Shown: positions 41,625 to 51,052, numbered from the stretch's first letter. The stretch is 64,000 bases of DNA from an uncultured Pseudomonadota bacterium (GCA_949286215.1 CASDYX010000001.1:8530-72529); one strand, 5' to 3'. Numbers and translations are program-made. Notes: generated by a model not told the origin, from the letters alone.

Positions 41625-42734
41625 ATGGGTTTTAATTGCGGAATTGTCGGCTTGCCTAATGTTGGTAAATCTACATTGTTTAATGCTTTGACGCAGACTA
41701 TTGCGGCTCAGGCGGCCAATTTTCCTTTTTGTACGATTGAACCAAATACCGGTCGTGTGGCTGTGCCTGATCCGAGATTGGATAAATTGGCTGAAATCGT
41801 TAAGCCCAGAATGGTTACCCCTACTCAGTTGGAATTTGTGGATATTGCCGGTTTGGTTAAAGGTGCTTCCAAGGGCGAGGGTTTAGGCAATCAGTTCTTG
41901 GCTAATATTCGTGAAGTTGATGCAATTATCCATGTTTTGAGATGTTTTGAAAACGATAATATTACTCACGTTGAAGGCTCAGTTGACCCTATTCGCGATG
42001 CAGAAATCGTAGAAACAGAATTGATGATTGCCGATTTGGAATCTTTGGAAAAACGCTATGACCAAGTGCAGAAAAAAGCTAAGAGCGGTGAAAAAGAATC
42101 CGTTTTAAGAGAATCGGTCATGCGTCCAGTGATTGAGGCTTTGAAGGCTGGAAAACCGGCTCGGACGGCTGCGCCTGACCCCACAAATAAAGATGCCTGC
42201 AAAGAATATAAAATGTTGCAGCTTTTAACGGCTAAGCCGGTGCTCTATGTTTGCAATGTAGATGAAGAATCGGCTGCAACAGGTAATAAGTTCTCCGATA
42301 TGGTGATGACTAAGGCTGAAGCTGAAGGGGCAAGTGCGGTTATTATTTCAGCCGAAATCGAATCGGAAGTGGCTCAACTCGAATCCGAAGATGAGAAAAA
42401 AGAATTTTTGCAATCGCTTGGTTTGGAAGAAACCGGTTTGGCAAAGATTATTCGTGCCGGATATAAACTTTTGGGACTCGAAACCTATTTTACTGCCGGA
42501 CCGAAAGAAGTGCGTGCTTGGACGTTTTTGAAAGGCTCAAAAGCACCGGTTTGTGCCGGAATTATTCACTCAGATTTTGAGAGAGGTTTTATTCGAGCTG
42601 AGACAATCTCTTATGATGATTTTGTGAAATATGGCAGTGAACAAGCCTGCAAAGATGCCGGAAAAATGCGCTCTGAGGGCAAGGATTATGTCGTTAAAGA
42701 CGGCGATATGATGAATTTCTTGTTTAACGTTTAA
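41625..42734 (+). CDS. ychF: redox-regulated ribosome-binding ATPase YchF (Ola1)
   Basis: [19 protein letters not shown]-terminal TGS domain. 369 aa. Confidence 0.9.
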   Translation: MGFNCGIVGLPNVGKSTLFNALTQTIAAQAANFPFCTIEPNTGRVAVPDPRLDKLAEIVKPRMVTPTQLEFVDIAGLVKGASKGEGLGNQFLANIREVDAIIHVLRCFENDNITHVEGSVDPIRDAEIVETELMIADLESLEKRYDQVQKKAKSGEKESVLRESVMRPVIEALKAGKPARTAAPDPTNKDACKEYKMLQLLTAKPVLYVCNVDEESAATGNKFSDMVMTKAEAEGASAVIISAEIESEVAQLESEDEKKEFLQSLGLEETGLAKIIRAGYKLLGLETYFTAGPKEVRAWTFLKGSKAPVCAGIIHSDFERGFIRAETISYDDFVKYGSEQACKDAGKMRSEGKDYVVKDGDMMNFLFNV

Positions 42735-42763
42735 TTCGCAAAAAAATACTTTTAGACAAAAAG

Positions 42764-42792
42764 TTGACAGCGTCGGTATTTTGTGCTATATA
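42764..42792 (+). promoter_or_regulatory. near-consensus sigma70-type promoter upstream of hypothetical gene 42834
   Basis: TTGACA (42764-42769), 17-nt spacer, TATATA (42787-42792), about 40 nt upstream of the ATG. Confidence 0.5.
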
Positions 42793-42833
42793 CCGCGTAA
42801 ATATTTTATTATTTTAATTAAAATTTATAAATT

Positions 42834-43349
42834 ATGTGCAAAAAGACAGAGGAACTGGTTGCGAACCAGTTCGAAAAATTAACTGGAATTGAAGGTAATA
42901 GTGCTGAAATTATGAACTTAGAGGTTTATGCCCGAAAGCGTGAATCTCTGAAACAAATGCTTCGGCAGGTGTTGCCGGATTTGAGAATATCTACCAGCCT
43001 TGGCTTGGTAAAGGTTTCAGATTTTGCTGCTTATGTTGAGCGGCAGGAAGAAAAAAAGGAAACCTTTTTCCAAAAAGGCTTGGCGATTGTTCGCGATGTA
43101 ACGGGAAAAGAATACGGGTTAGATGATGACTTGTATTCGGAGTTAAGACCTGATGAGGCTACTCATGGTACAAATGAGTATCTCTCTCAGCAGTGTCGGT
43201 ATTTTATCAAAACCAACAAAGTCTTTCAGGCTTTGTCTATTGGTTTGAAAGGTGAAAAGCGGGCTTATTATCCGCCGACATCTTTACTGGAAAAAGCAAA
43301 GAACATTAGAGAAATAATTGACCTTTATTATCGTAGAGGTCGGTTCTAA
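42834..43349 (+). CDS. hypothetical protein
   Basis: 171 aa, soluble. No recognisable domain. Has its own promoter and terminator. Confidence 0.5.
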   Translation: MCKKTEELVANQFEKLTGIEGNSAEIMNLEVYARKRESLKQMLRQVLPDLRISTSLGLVKVSDFAAYVERQEEKKETFFQKGLAIVRDVTGKEYGLDDDLYSELRPDEATHGTNEYLSQQCRYFIKTNKVFQALSIGLKGEKRAYYPPTSLLEKAKNIREIIDLYYRRGRF

Positions 43350-43364
43350 TCTAAAACTTAGAGA

Positions 43365-43409
43365 AGAACGGAGTTTGTTTTGAGGACAAGCTCCGTTTTT
43401 TTGTTTTTT
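43365..43409 (+). terminator. rho-independent terminator
   Basis: aacggag...ctccgtt hairpin followed by a long T-run. Confidence 0.65.
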
Positions 43410-43470
43410 GCTTGCGAGAGAAGCGCTTTTGCGCTACAACTCATAAAAACTTTTATGAGAGGATAAGATT

Positions 43471-43947
43471 ATGCGTTTGGCACTGTTTCAACCTGATATT
43501 CCGCAAAATACGGGTACACTCTTGCGCTTGGGTGCTTGTTTGGATGTGGAACTCGATATTATTGAGCCTTGTGGTTATATTTTTTCAGAAAAAACGCTGA
43601 AACGTGCCGGTATGGATTATTTGCATTTGGTGAAATACAGACGCCATAAATCTTGGGAGCATTTTTTGCAATATCGTGCCGAACATCCGGATGAGTATGG
43701 ACGAATCGTGCTTTTGACAACGCATGCAACAGAGCCATATTATAATTTCAAATTTCAACCTAATGACATTATCTTAATGGGGCGCGAATCGGCCGGTGTT
43801 CCCGAAGAAGTTCATCACACCGCAGATGCTCGTCTTCTTATTCCGATGAATGAAAATGCGCGCTCGATTAACGTTGCCGTATCGGCGGTGATGGTGGTGG
43901 GGGAGTGTTTGCGCCAAACGGGCGGATTTCCCTCTGCGGCAAAATAA
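43471..43947 (+). CDS. trmL: tRNA (cytidine/uridine-2'-O-)-methyltransferase TrmL (SpoU/TrmH family)
   Basis: 158 aa. SPOUT fold (LALFQPDIPQNTGTLLR, LIPM...SINVAVSA). Confidence 0.8.
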   Translation: MRLALFQPDIPQNTGTLLRLGACLDVELDIIEPCGYIFSEKTLKRAGMDYLHLVKYRRHKSWEHFLQYRAEHPDEYGRIVLLTTHATEPYYNFKFQPNDIILMGRESAGVPEEVHHTADARLLIPMNENARSINVAVSAVMVVGECLRQTGGFPSAAK

Positions 43948-43975
43948 GGCAGATTTCGCGTGTCAAAGAAATACT
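43919..43975 (+). repeat. direct repeat copy 1 (covers the last codons and stop of trmL)
   Basis: cgggcggatttccctctgcggcaaaataaggcagatttcgcgtgtcaaagaaatact. About 80% identical to the copy at 44045-44100. Confidence 0.7.
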
Positions 43976-44044
43976 CATGTACTAATCGGGTACACTCCGT
44001 TTTCTTTGCACTAAAATCTTATTCTTTTGCGCACATATGAAAAT

Positions 44045-44100
44045 CCGGGCGGATTTCCCTTGGAGATAAAATAATACAGATTTCGCGTGTCAAAGATATT
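44045..44100 (+). repeat. direct repeat copy 2 (degenerate duplicate of the trmL 3' end)
   Basis: cgggcggatttcccttggagataaaataatacagatttcgcgtgtcaaagatattcc. Lies 126 bp downstream of copy 1 and keeps a pseudo-reading frame ending in taa. Confidence 0.7.
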
Positions 44101-44185
44101 CCTTGCTTATTGATTTCTCTGATTTTTTGTGTTAGGTAAAAGCAAAATTTGTTATTTTGTTTTTATCATTTTAATTTCAATTTTT

Positions 44186-44971
44186 ATGAAACAGTATTTG
44201 GATTTGTTATCAGATATCATGGAAAATGGTATTGATAAAATGGATCGTACGGGTGTTGGGACTCGAAGTGTTTTCGGAAGACAGTTGCGGTTTGATTTGA
44301 CCAAAGGTTTTCCTTTGTTGACCACCAAAAAGCTCTATACCAGAGCAATTATTCACGAATTGTTATGGTTCCTCAAAGGAGATACAAACATCAAATATCT
44401 CCATGACAACAAGGTGACAATTTGGGACGAATGGGCTGATGAAAACGGAGATTTGGGGCCGGTGTATGGTGCGCAATGGCGTAATTGGAACGGTGATGGA
44501 ATCGACCAAATTGCCGATTTGGTAAAAAGGCTTAAAACCAATCCTAATGACAGGCGTATGATTGTTTCGGCTTGGAATCCTTCGCAGTTGGCAGAAATGC
44601 ACTTGCCGCCTTGCCATATGATGTTTCAGTGCTATGTGGCGGAAGGGCGTTTGTCTTTGATGCTTTATCAGCGAAGTTGTGATTGTTTCTTAGGCGTGCC
44701 TTTTAATATCGCGTCTTATTCTTTATTGACGATGATGTTGGCTCAGGTATGTGGTTTACAGGCTTATGAATTTATTCATACCTTTGGAGATACGCATATC
44801 TACTTGAACCACTTCAATCAAGTCAAAGAACAGCTCACGCGTGAGCCGAGAGAGCTTCCTCAGATGAGGCTTAATCCCGATGTAAAAAATTTGGAGGATT
44901 TTAGGTATGAGGATTTTTGTTTGGAAAACTATAATCCTTGGCCGTCAATCAAAGCACCAGTTGCGGTGTAA
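44186..44971 (+). CDS. thyA: thymidylate synthase (ThyA, folate-dependent)
   Basis: MKQYLDLL..., catalytic Cys in [15 protein letters not shown]. Start at the internal ATG 44186; the ORF extension from 44129 is spurious. Confidence 0.9.
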   Translation: MKQYLDLLSDIMENGIDKMDRTGVGTRSVFGRQLRFDLTKGFPLLTTKKLYTRAIIHELLWFLKGDTNIKYLHDNKVTIWDEWADENGDLGPVYGAQWRNWNGDGIDQIADLVKRLKTNPNDRRMIVSAWNPSQLAEMHLPPCHMMFQCYVAEGRLSLMLYQRSCDCFLGVPFNIASYSLLTMMLAQVCGLQAYEFIHTFGDTHIYLNHFNQVKEQLTREPRELPQMRLNPDVKNLEDFRYEDFCLENYNPWPSIKAPVAV

Positions 44972-44981
44972 ACTCTAAAAA

Positions 44982-45026
44982 AAACAGCCCTTTGCAAGTG
45001 CAGAGCGGCTGTTTTAATTTTTTTTG
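44982..45026 (+). terminator. rho-independent terminator after thyA
   Basis: acagcc...ggctgt stem followed by a long T-run. Confidence 0.6.
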
Positions 45027-45143
45027 ACAAAATTTTATATTTTTAGACTAGATTTAAGCTTAAAAATGTGGTATAGTCCTGTTCGTAATTGGGACAATGT
45101 TGTTCTTTTCCATTAATTTCAGATATTTTGATAGGACAGATAA

Positions 45144-45650
45144 ATGATTAAAAAAACTTCATCTGCTATTGCTTTTAACTCTGGTGATTTTGTTGTTTAC
45201 CCGGCTCATGGGGTTGGTAAAGTATCCGATATCTCAAAACAAAAAATTGCCGGTTCAGAGCTGGAATTAATTGTGGTTAATTTTGCTAAAGATAAAATGA
45301 CTTTGCGTATTCCGATGGCTAAGGTCGAATCAGTCGGATTACGTAAAATCTCTGAGGCTTCTACCATGAGCGATGCTTTGAATGTATTGAAGGGAAAAGC
45401 TAAAGTTAAGAAAGTTATGTGGTCTCGCAGGGCGCAGGAATATGAAAATAAAATTAATTCCGGAAACCCGGTTGCTGTCGCTGAAGTCGTTCGTGACTTG
45501 TATCGTAGTGAAAATTTGGCAGAACAATCTTACAGTGAACGACAAATTTATGAGCAAGCTTTAGACCGTTTGGCCAGTGAGGTTGCCGTTTGTGATAATA
45601 CAAGCACTGAAGAAGCTACAAAGAAATTGCTTTCTATCTTAGCTAAATAA
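45144..45650 (+). CDS. CarD/CdnL-family RNA polymerase-binding transcription factor
   Basis: FNSGDFVVYPAHGVGKV is the CarD N-terminal RNAP-interacting domain. 168 aa. Confidence 0.8.
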   Translation: MIKKTSSAIAFNSGDFVVYPAHGVGKVSDISKQKIAGSELELIVVNFAKDKMTLRIPMAKVESVGLRKISEASTMSDALNVLKGKAKVKKVMWSRRAQEYENKINSGNPVAVAEVVRDLYRSENLAEQSYSERQIYEQALDRLASEVAVCDNTSTEEATKKLLSILAK

Positions 45651-45670
45651 TTTTTGTATGACTTGAGATA

Positions 45671-45703
45671 AAAGGTCGGGATTTGAATTCCCGACCTTTT
45701 TGT
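45671..45703 (+). terminator. rho-independent terminator after the carD-like gene
   Basis: ggtcggga-tttgaat-tcccgacc hairpin followed by a T5 run. A second weaker hairpin and T-run lie at 45732-45754. Confidence 0.7.
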
Positions 45704-45867
45704 TGTTGGCGACTCCAGAGATGAAGAAATTTGGGCTTTGCAAGCCTTTTTTTGCCTTTAAAGATATGTGGGGATAATACTGTGAACAAGTAAAGACTCA
45801 AATTGCGAATCAGCTAAGAGAAATTTATTAATAAATTATTAATTAATTATAAACGGGAGTTAGGTCC

Positions 45868-46278
45868 ATGTTTAGTGAAATTGAGCCGGTTGAGGCTTCT
45901 GCCGAGGATATTGTTATCAGAGCTTGTCCGACTTTGGTGGAAGAAAATCAAAATAAGCAAGAGTTTTTGTGGGGGTATTATTTCTGTATTGAAAATAACT
46001 CTTCGCAAAGAGTACAGCTACTTGGCAAAAATTGGAATATTACCGATGATAAAGGGAATCGCTTTTGTGATGATTCTCTTGGGTTTAAGGGTGAAATTCC
46101 AATGCTTGAACCCGGTGAATTTTTTGAGTTTACAAGTATGGCTCCGTTGAGCTCCCCAAATGCAGTGTTTTACGGAAGTTGCAAAATTCAAAAAGAAGGG
46201 CAAAAGGAATCGCAAGATATTAAAATCCCGACTTTTATGATGTCTGTTAATGAGCCTGTTTCAGCTCACTTAAATTAA
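45868..46278 (+). CDS. apaG: ApaG (DUF525) protein
   Basis: 136 aa. ApaG-like core (FLWGYYFCIENNS...GEIPML). Confidence 0.75.
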   Translation: MFSEIEPVEASAEDIVIRACPTLVEENQNKQEFLWGYYFCIENNSSQRVQLLGKNWNITDDKGNRFCDDSLGFKGEIPMLEPGEFFEFTSMAPLSSPNAVFYGSCKIQKEGQKESQDIKIPTFMMSVNEPVSAHLN

Positions 46279-46313
46279 AAAAAACTCCGGAGGTTGTCCG
46301 GAGTTTTTTTTTA
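46276..46313. terminator. bidirectional terminator between apaG and the convergent lipoprotein gene
   Basis: A8, then actccgg-aggttgt-ccggagt, then T9. Confidence 0.75.
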
Positions 46314-46922
46314 GTATTCTTGGATGTAATCGCTGTTTTCAACATACATATTTAAGTATTGATGAACGTTTTTCTCCATACGGACATTAAATTCATCAAA
46401 CAGTTTTCTTACCATGTTGTTCCAATATTTTTCTTTTTCCGAAATATCGTAGTCTGCCGGAATTTTGAGCTCCCTCCAAGCTTGAATTTCGGTTTCGGCG
46501 TTGGAAAGTTTTTGCGGGTCGCTGATGCGAATAACAACATTTAAGTTAGCGCGATAAACCATGCGGTCGCTTTCAAAAACTTTGTCCGTGGTTTCAAGTT
46601 CTTCAGTGACGCTTGCGTCTTTAATGATGAATTGTGCAACTTTGTCGGATGAAAAATCAACAGCCTCTAAACGGTCATGAGCCCAGTTGCGAGCGGATTT
46701 TTCAATAGAAATCGGGAAGAGGTGTTCGACATTCGGACGACGAAATGTCGGTGTGAATTCCGAAATTACTTCTACTTTGTTGACTTTTAATTTTATCGGG
46801 CTTTGATTTTCAAAGCGTACATCGCTATAGCGGTTGGGTTCTTCCGGGGTGCCAAATAATGCGCAACCGGCACTCATGCCAAGTACGCATAAGGCTAAGA
46901 AAATTTTATTTAACTTTTTCAT
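46311..46922 (-). CDS. predicted lipoprotein, function unknown
   Basis: Start at MKKLNKIF. Lipobox MSAGC. About 200 aa. Confidence 0.5.
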   Translation of the reverse strand: MKKLNKIFLALCVLGMSAGCALFGTPEEPNRYSDVRFENQSPIKLKVNKVEVISEFTPTFRRPNVEHLFPISIEKSARNWAHDRLEAVDFSSDKVAQFIIKDASVTEELETTDKVFESDRMVYRANLNVVIRISDPQKLSNAETEIQAWRELKIPADYDISEKEKYWNNMVRKLFDEFNVRMEKNVHQYLNMYVENSDYIQEY

Positions 46923-46990
46923 TTTACGACTTCCTAAAGTTATTTTTAGCTTAATATACAAGCGGAAGTTTAATATATGCTTAATGCATA

Positions 46991-47016
46991 GAAAAAAGGC
47001 AGGGTTTACCTGCCTC
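46991..47016 (-). terminator. terminator of hslO (minus strand)
   Basis: ggcagg...cctgcc hairpin followed, on the minus strand, by the A6 run read as a T-run. Confidence 0.6.
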
Positions 47017-47090
47017 GGAGAAAGAAAAATTTATCACTTCTTTTATTCTATCTTATTTTTAGATTTTTCACTAGTATTTTTTTTATATTT

Positions 47091-48014
47091 TTAGTGAGAA
47101 ATTAATTCTCCTTTATCAAAGCTGTAAACTGTGCCGCAGAAGTGGCAAGTCGCCGTGATTTTGTTGTTTTCACACATGTCTTCAATATCTTTGGCGCTCA
47201 TGGCGTGTAAGGTATTAAACAGCTTCTCCCGGCTGCAACGACACCCAAAATGATATTCTTTTATATTACTTAAGCGGAGGTCGTTGGCGTGGAAAAGGCG
47301 ATGCAATATCTCTTCATCAGATAAATTATCGTCAAATACTTCTTCACGTTTTAGGCTTTGAGCCAAAATCGTGGCTTCTTTCCAAGCTTCATCCAAAGTT
47401 TCGGTGTCAGAAGAAATTTTACCGCCATTGTCAGGCAATTTTTGCAGCAAAATTCCCGCAGCTTTCCACTTCTTATTGGTTTCGCTGGGAGCTTGTAAAA
47501 ATAGTTGAAGGTAGGTCTCAATTTGCTCAGATTGCTTGAAATAGCGGAGAGCACATTCACTCAAGGTTTTACCTTGAAGGTCAACTATTCCTTGGTATAA
47601 GTCGGTTTTTGAGCCTTGGTCAACCGTGAAAGCGAGGTGTCCGCCTCCCATGTAGTGAGGAGCTTCCAATAACTCGGTTTCGTCAGCTTTTCTTAAGGCA
47701 AGAGATTTTTTTAATGCTTCTTGGTTGAAATTGGCACAGGCTCTGATAAGCCCTTGGGAAGAAACATCAACGACAACCATGCTGACCGGACCGTTGGTTT
47801 GGGTTTGGAGGGTAAACAATCCGTCATACTTAATGGTGCTGGATAAAAGTGCGCCTAAAGCCGTGCTCTCGGCAACAACGCCTGAAACCTGTAATGGGTA
47901 TTGGTGTTTGGAGAGTATGGTATTGATGACTTCGTCTAAACGAACTAATCGTCCCATGAAGGCTCCGTTGTCAATGTGAAAAGATGTGCACTTATCAAAA
48001 TTATTGTTAACCAC
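47091..48014 (-). CDS. hslO: redox-regulated chaperone Hsp33
   Basis: C-terminal zinc centre CRCS...CHFCG. 307 aa. Confidence 0.85.
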   Translation of the reverse strand: MVNNNFDKCTSFHIDNGAFMGRLVRLDEVINTILSKHQYPLQVSGVVAESTALGALLSSTIKYDGLFTLQTQTNGPVSMVVVDVSSQGLIRACANFNQEALKKSLALRKADETELLEAPHYMGGGHLAFTVDQGSKTDLYQGIVDLQGKTLSECALRYFKQSEQIETYLQLFLQAPSETNKKWKAAGILLQKLPDNGGKISSDTETLDEAWKEATILAQSLKREEVFDDNLSDEEILHRLFHANDLRLSNIKEYHFGCRCSREKLFNTLHAMSAKDIEDMCENNKITATCHFCGTVYSFDKGELISH

Positions 48015-48075
48015 CGTTTTTTTCCTTTATATACTTAGTTTAACTTAGCTTAGATGTAGTATATTTTAGAGGATT

Positions 48076-48636
48076 TTGCAAGTGTTGGAAGATGAAATCA
48101 AAAAAATAAAGACCAGAGCTCCTAAAAAAATTACCAAGCAAAGGCTCAAAAATATTGCCTTGTATTATTTGGAACGTTTTGAATCTTCCGTTGACAATTT
48201 AAGACAAGTTTTGATGCGTCGTGTGAATGATTATGCTTATTCTAACCCTGATTTTGATAAGTCGGAGGCTCTTGCTTGGATTGAAGAAATTTTGAGCGAC
48301 TGTGAAAGATATGGCTATATTTCCGATGCTCGTTTTGCCGAAATGAAAATTAAAGATTATTTGGCAGCAGGAAAGTCGGCACGATATATTAAATTGAAAT
48401 TGTTGCAAAAAGGAATAGAAGAATCTTTAATCGAAAATTTATTGCAAGAGCAAGAATATAATCCTGAAGAATTGGCTCTGAATTTGGCAAAAAAGAAAAA
48501 AATCGGCCCATTCAGAAAAAATGATGAGGAGCGAAGAGAATATCGCCAAAAAGATTTAGCAACGCTTGTACGAGCCGGTTTTGATTATGATGTGGCACAG
48601 CGTGTATTGGAAAAAGAAGTTTTTGATACCTTTTGA
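48076..48636 (+). CDS. recX: RecA regulator RecX
   Basis: RecX-like three-helix repeats (RLKNIALYYLERFESSV). The ORF opens with TTG; alternative starts are GTG 48082 and ATG 48092. Confidence 0.7.
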   Translation: MQVLEDEIKKIKTRAPKKITKQRLKNIALYYLERFESSVDNLRQVLMRRVNDYAYSNPDFDKSEALAWIEEILSDCERYGYISDARFAEMKIKDYLAAGKSARYIKLKLLQKGIEESLIENLLQEQEYNPEELALNLAKKKKIGPFRKNDEERREYRQKDLATLVRAGFDYDVAQRVLEKEVFDTF

Positions 48637-48639
48637 TTG

Positions 48640-48668
48640 TTGACAAAATTTTGCGAAAAATGTAAACT
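48640..48668 (+). promoter_or_regulatory. candidate sigma70-type promoter upstream of hypothetical gene 48703
   Basis: TTGACA, 17-nt spacer, TAAACT. Followed by a 9-bp-stem hairpin (aaactcttt/aaagagttt) in the leader. Confidence 0.35.
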
Positions 48669-48702
48669 CTTTTTGTTTTTAGCTTAAATTAAAGAGTTTT
48701 TT

Positions 48703-49974
48703 ATGCAGCAAGTTGTTATTCAAGATATTGCTAATGGAATTAATCGCCGTTTTGTTACTCCTAGACGGTTGAACGCTTTGTTTTTGAGCCGGGTAATGGC
48801 TGATGGTGAAACAATGCGTAACTTGATTCATGGCTGTTCTGCGGCGGTAGATGATATTATGAAGGCTTTGATTGCCTATTATGAAAATCATGATGCGGAA
48901 AAACTTATTGAAAAGATTGATAAACTCTCTTTGGATTATCCGTCTATTACTTTTTGTAAAGAAAGAAAAGAAGATTGTGATAGGGTTTCTTCTCAGCCAA
49001 CAAAGCCCGAATTAGATGAAATGAAGCGTTTGGCTGAATATTCAGCTTCTCAGCCGGATAAGTTTTGGGAAGACGAACGTCTTTATGAAAAAGCGGCTAT
49101 CTTTGCAGCCTATTACGGAGATTTCTTTTATTATAACAATGAGGGGCACTATATTGTTGATGAAACAAAACCAATTGTGATTTATGAAAACAAACAGCCC
49201 TTTACTTTATATGATAATACATATCGGGAAAGTCATTGGCTAGATTTGTCCCGTTATGATGAAAAACATACTCTGGAAATTCAAGATGAATTTGCGGCTC
49301 CTTTTTTGAAAAGAAAATATGTCGGAGAAAGCGTTATTGATGTGTTGCGGAAAACCGTAAGTATGCAAAAAATGGCAACCTATCAACGTCCTCATACCGG
49401 AGATGATGCCTTGGATAAGGTTTGCGGTGAAATTTATGACGATGAAAGGCTCTCTGCTCCGAAATTTGTGAAAGCAGTAACCCTTCTTAATCGGCATTTG
49501 TTGTCAGCATTAAAAGGTGAAAAGCGTCTTGGAAATGAGGATTATAATACGGCGGCCATGTTGGTTGATAAGGCTCCGCAATATTTTGCAAAAATTGATT
49601 ACCCGCAACAATTCGGTTTTTATAAAAGTGATGCCGGACAAGAATTGTTAAAATTTTCGTTTATGACAACTTTTACAAATCAACAAAAGTTTGATGAGCA
49701 AGTAATGAATAGCTATTTGTCTCGGGTTAAAGATGCTGGACATTGGATGAACGGGCAACATTTAATGACCAAAATGATTGTTGCTAATACCAATAATTTG
49801 GGCGGAATTAACCGAGGATTGTTGGATCTTAATTTGATACGTCCGCGCCCGAAAGAGTTTTACGGAATGAAATCTCCCAGATTTTTACGAGCAATTAATG
49901 ACTATTACGACCAAGATTTAGCGCGAATGAATTACGCGCAATTGGCTTTGTCTGAAAAAAACAAATCTATTTAA
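48703..49974 (+). CDS. hypothetical protein (423 aa, soluble, no recognisable domain)
   Basis: Long ORF with coding-like composition. No signal peptide. Confidence 0.5.
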   Translation: MQQVVIQDIANGINRRFVTPRRLNALFLSRVMADGETMRNLIHGCSAAVDDIMKALIAYYENHDAEKLIEKIDKLSLDYPSITFCKERKEDCDRVSSQPTKPELDEMKRLAEYSASQPDKFWEDERLYEKAAIFAAYYGDFFYYNNEGHYIVDETKPIVIYENKQPFTLYDNTYRESHWLDLSRYDEKHTLEIQDEFAAPFLKRKYVGESVIDVLRKTVSMQKMATYQRPHTGDDALDKVCGEIYDDERLSAPKFVKAVTLLNRHLLSALKGEKRLGNEDYNTAAMLVDKAPQYFAKIDYPQQFGFYKSDAGQELLKFSFMTTFTNQQKFDEQVMNSYLSRVKDAGHWMNGQHLMTKMIVANTNNLGGINRGLLDLNLIRPRPKEFYGMKSPRFLRAINDYYDQDLARMNYAQLALSEKNKSI

Positions 49975-51035
49975 TACATCACCTTAGTTAAATATAAACC
50001 GCAGGCAGGGGCATTGACACCGGCGGCAGAGCGCCTCTTTTCTTCTAAGATACGTTTGATGTCTTCAGGTTCAAGGTGACCATCGCCAACCATTTTTAAG
50101 GTGCCGACCATGTTGCGGACTTGGTGGTGTAAAAATGAGCGGGCTTCGACAATAAAGTGGATTTCTTCACCATGGACTTCAATATCTAATTTATCTAAAG
50201 TTTTTATCGGGGATTTGGCTTGACACGCTGCAGCGCGAAATGAGCTGAAGTCATGATGACCAATAAGATATTTGGCTCCTTGGCGCATTTTTTCAACATC
50301 CAAAGGCACCGGGACCCACCAAACGCGGTTCTTTTCTAAAATTGCCGGAGCGCGGCGGTTGAGAATTCGATATAAATAGCCTCTTCCCTTGGCGCTAAAG
50401 CGGGCATGAAAATCAAGTCCGACTTTTTCAACGCTTATGACGCTGACCGGAGCTTCCATATCGCGTAAACGTGCGTTCATGGCCTCACGCAATTTCCAAT
50501 CAACCAAGTCTTCTTTTAGGTCAAAATGTGCAACCTGAGATGTGGAATGGACGCCTGCATCAGTTCTTCCTGCACCGAAAACAACGATTTTATTGGACTT
50601 CTGGAGGCGTTCTCCGGTGCTCGCGTCCTCACGTACGTCATTGTACGCTGCGGGGCTGCGCTCCGTGGAAGCACCACCATAAGCCTCACTAAAATCGTTG
50701 TTGGATAAATTTGAATTGGACTTCTGGAGGTGCTCTCTGGTGCTCGCGTCCTCATGTACGTCATTGTACGCTGCGGGGCTGCGCTCCGTGGAAGCACCAC
50801 TATAAGCCTCACTAAAATCGTTGTTGGATAAATTTGAATTGGACTTCTGGAGGCGTTCTCCGGTGCTCGCGTCCTCATTCTCTTCTTCTGCGGCGAATAC
50901 TTCATTTGTTTCTTCTGCCGGAGTAAAGCAACTCAAGGCTCTTTGCAGATAGTCTTGGACTGAAGGGCCATCAAGTTGTTCTTGCCAGCCGAGAAGATTG
51001 GTTCCGTCATATTCTATTGTGATTTTGTAGCGCAT
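49971..51035 (-). CDS. truA: tRNA pseudouridine(38-40) synthase TruA carrying an internal tandem-repeat insertion
   Basis: MRYKITIEYDGTNLLGWQ N-terminus, catalytic GAGRTDAGVHS, typical TruA C-terminus. 354 aa against about 250 expected; the extra length is a 41-aa repeat x2.3. Confidence 0.8.
   Translation of the reverse strand: MRYKITIEYDGTNLLGWQEQLDGPSVQDYLQRALSCFTPAEETNEVFAAEEENEDASTGERLQKSNSNLSNNDFSEAYSGASTERSPAAYNDVHEDASTREHLQKSNSNLSNNDFSEAYGGASTERSPAAYNDVREDASTGERLQKSNKIVVFGAGRTDAGVHSTSQVAHFDLKEDLVDWKLREAMNARLRDMEAPVSVISVEKVGLDFHARFSAKGRGYLYRILNRRAPAILEKNRVWWVPVPLDVEKMRQGAKYLIGHHDFSSFRAAACQAKSPIKTLDKLDIEVHGEEIHFIVEARSFLHHQVRNMVGTLKMVGDGHLEPEDIKRILEEKRRSAAGVNAPACGLYLTKVMY
50593..50877. 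repeat. 123-bp tandem repeat (about 2.3 copies), GC-rich, in frame within truA
   Basis: Unit ttggacttctggaggcgttctccggtgctcgcgtcctcacgtacgtcattgtacgctgcggggctgcgctccgtggaagcaccaccataagcctcactaaaatcgttgttggataaatttgaa begins at 50593, 50716 and 50839 (the last copy is partial). Copies differ at a handful of positions. Confidence 0.9.
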
Positions 51036-51052
51036 TTGTTTTCCAGATAAAT

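Noticed and set aside
44129-44185. N-terminal extension of thyA ([19 protein letters not shown]...) in the ORF track
   Set aside because: ThyA orthologs begin at MKQYLDLL. The extension is AT-rich, hydrophobic nonsense that overlaps the upstream repeat and promoter region, so the start was moved to 44186.
45828-45850. TTAA-N7-TTAA (CtrA-box-like) motif upstream of apaG, followed by further TTAA repeats
   Set aside because: The intergenic DNA here is above 80% AT and TTAA is very frequent. A single half-consensus match (it lacks the trailing C of TTAA-N7-TTAAC) is expected by chance. The motif cannot be assigned without conservation data.
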